Positions 61,571 to 64,000 of a stretch of DNA of 64,000 nucleotides are shown in pieces. Numbering within the stretch: position 1 is the first letter of the stretch; every line of letters starts with the position of its first letter. The stretch comes from Torpedo marmorata. Its lineage: Eukaryota. Location: NCBI GenBank assembly GCA_977017645.1, contig OZ360222.1:230330001-230394000 (forward strand), read 5' to 3'. The translations under genes were made by a program, and so were the position numbers. A model generated the notes under the pieces. The model was not told the origin of the DNA. It ran no database searches and worked only from the letters and a program-made list of their open reading frames with translations.

Positions 61571-62210
61571 TTGAAAGGTTCATTCAGTGAAGCTTCAAAA
61601 ATTCTACACTTCTCACATAGTGGATCAACATCTACATAAAAATGAGAAAATTTAAGTTTGGACATATGTATTCTATGTACCACTTTAAATTGTAATAAAC
61701 AATGCCTTGCACAAAATGAGGAATCATTGATCAAACTAAGAGTAGAGTACCAATTTTCATCTGAAAATGTTATATTCATATCACGTTCCCTATCATTCGT
61801 AATCCCGGCCATTGAGGCTGATCTTAAATCCAATAGATCATTATAAATATATGATAATAATCCACCGTGAACAAACTGTAAATTAAAAAATGAATCAAGG
61901 ATATTAGTATTTGAAATTCGAGGAAAATCCGAAAGCTTGGACTGAACAAAATGTCTAACTTGTAAATATCTAAAAAAATGTCTGTTAGAAAGAATAAATT
62001 TGGCTGATAATTGTTCAAAAGACACGAAGTTATCTTGAATAAAAAGATTGTTGTAACTTTGGATACCCAATCTATACCATTCCTTAAAACCAGCATCTAA
62101 CACAGACGGCTGAAAAAGATGGTTATCTATAATGGGACTAGCCGAAGAAAAACTGTTATAGCCAAAAAAAATTCTAAATTGAGCCCATATTCTCAACCTA
62201 TTTCTCATTA
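61571..62210 (-). mobile_element. L1 ORF2 C-terminal fragment (different subfamily from 14673-17073)
   Basis: FKEWYRLGI, FVSFEQL..KF.L...FFRYLQVRHF, RHCLLQFKVVHR, DPLCEKC. Confidence 0.85.
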
Positions 62211-62211
62211 T

Positions 62212-62303
62212 CAGGTTATGTTAATTGCACTATGATGCTGCTGCAAAACACCGAATTTCATGACTTGTTCATGACAATAAATTCTGATTCTGATTCTGAT
62301 TCC
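62212..62303 (+). mobile_element. Extreme 3' tail of Rex1/Babar
   Basis: gcactatgatgctgctgcaaaacaccgaatttcatgacttgttcatgacaataaa(ttctga)n. Confidence 0.85.
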
Positions 62304-62464
62304 GATGTGTCAATTTAGAAAAGGGCAAGGGTGAAAAAGAACCTAAAATTGCCAACATAGATGATTTCTTAGAAAACTTCAGTTCCATTTCTACCCACGA
62401 AGGGCTTCACTGATTCATATGTTTTGGGTGTGCCCTAATTTAGAAAGATTTTGGAAAGATACTT

Positions 62465-64000
62465 TAGACAATAGACAATAGACAATAGGAGCTGGAGTAG
62501 GCCCTTCGGCCCGTCGAGCCAGCACCGCCATTTTACAGATCATGGCTGATCTCTACTATCAGTACCCCTTACCAGCCTTATCCCCATAACCCTTAAATCC
62601 TCTGCCCATTAGAGTCTTATCTAACTCTCTTTTGAACATAATCAGCGAATCTGCCTCTACCACCCTCTGTGGCAGAGCATTCCACAGATTCACACTTCTC
62701 TGGCTAAAGAAATTTTTTCTCATCTCCGTCCTAAAGGGCCTTCCCTGAATTCTTAAACTATGCCCTCTAGTCCTCGTCTCTCCCAACATTGGGAACAAGT
62801 AATCTGACTTCACCCTGTCTATCCCCTTGATAATTTTGTAAACCTCAATCATATCCCCCCTCATCCTCCTAAACTCCATCGAATATAAGTCCAGTTTTTC
62901 TAACCTTTCAGCATATGTCAACCCTGCCATTCCTGGAACTAACCTTGTAAATCTGCGCTGCACACCCTCTATAGCTAGTATGTCCTTCCTCAAATTTGGA
63001 GACCAGAACTGGACGCAATACTCCAGGTGGGGTCTCACCAGGGCCCTGTACAACTGCAGAAGGGTGTCTCTGCTCCTATAGTCCAATCCCCTCTTTATGA
63101 AAGCCAACATGCCATTTGCCTTCTTCACAGCTTTCTGTACCTGCATGTTAGCCTTCAGTGACTGGTGAACAAGTACACCCAGATCCATTTGCACTTCCCC
63201 ACTCCCTAGCTTGTCACCATTTAGATAATACTCTGCTTTCCTATTACTGCCCCCAAAATGGATAACCTCACATTTGCTCACATTGAACTTCATTTTCCAT
63301 TCTTCAGCCCACCCCCCCAACCTGTCCAAGTCCCTCTGCATTTTCCTGACATCCTCTTCACACTTTACACCGCCACCCAGTTTAGTGTCATCTGCAAATT
63401 TACTCAAGTTATTAATAATCCCATCATCCAAATCATTTACATAAATGACAAACAACTGAGGACCCAACACCGATCCCTGCGGCACTCCACTCGTCACATC
63501 CTGCCATCCTGAAAAAGACCCGCTTACCCCAACCCTTTGTTTCCTATTTCTTAACCAATTTCCTATCCACGTCAGCACCTTACCATCAATACCATGCTCC
63601 CTGATCTTGCCCACTAGTCTCCCGTGCGGTACCTTATCAAAGGCCTTCTGGAAGTCCAAATACACCACATCCACTGGCTCTCCCAAGTCCACCCTCTTTG
63701 TCACATCTTCAAAAAATTCCAGAAGGTTAGTCAAGCATGACTTACCCTTAAGGAATCCATGCTGACTAGCCCTTATACTATTATTTCTTCCTAAGTGTTC
63801 TGCTATTACTCCTTTTATGATGGATTCCAATATCTTCCCCACCACTGACGTCAGGCTGACTGGTCTATAATTACCCGTTTTTTCCCTCCCTCCCTTCTTA
63901 AAAAGCGGCACCACATCAGCCACTCTCCAATCCACAGGTACCTCCCCCGAATCTATGGAGCTTTGGAAAATGTCGACCAGTGCCTCCACAATTTCCAGAG
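62465..64000 (-). mobile_element. Young CR1 LINE, uninterrupted RT ORF running off the window edge
   Basis: ORF 62559-63989 (476 aa) without stops: NYRPVSLTSVVGK, QHGF, SGVPQGSVLGP, FADDTK; 3' (TCTATTG)n tail. Confidence 0.95.

Noticed and set aside
59349-64000. FBXW8 exon 2 (for example the acceptor-like tctctctcAG at about 60870)
   Set aside because: The following sequence does not encode the expected F-box start and hits stops; exon 2 is probably beyond the window.

Overview
Vertebrate genomic DNA, most likely a cartilaginous fish (shark/ray-type CR1, Rex1, Penelope and tRNA-SINE repeats). Three host genes lie in the same order as in mammals: the last 7 coding exons of RNFT2 (+, 2935-36167), a short BH3-only gene that is the syntenic HRK/DP5 candidate (-, 37959-38216), and coding exon 1 of FBXW8 (+, 58788-59348). 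The rest is mostly repeats: CR1, L1, Rex1/Babar, Penelope-like pieces with hammerhead motifs, a Tc1 element, hAT MITEs, SINEs and a 2.5-kb 32-bp minisatellite. The most unusual object is a 2.8-kb non-autonomous Gypsy-type LTR element in an RNFT2 intron (8401-11195, -). It has a 5-bp TSD, 147-bp LTRs, a tRNA-Ser PBS and a PPT. Its interior carries an intronless copy of the 5' part of the cytokinesis gene PRC1, and its 5' LTR ends in an inverted copy of its own U5 end, so the element has both direct LTRs and terminal inverted repeats. Gene and repeat-family names come from recalled sequences and motifs; no database search was run. Boundaries of decayed repeats are approximate.
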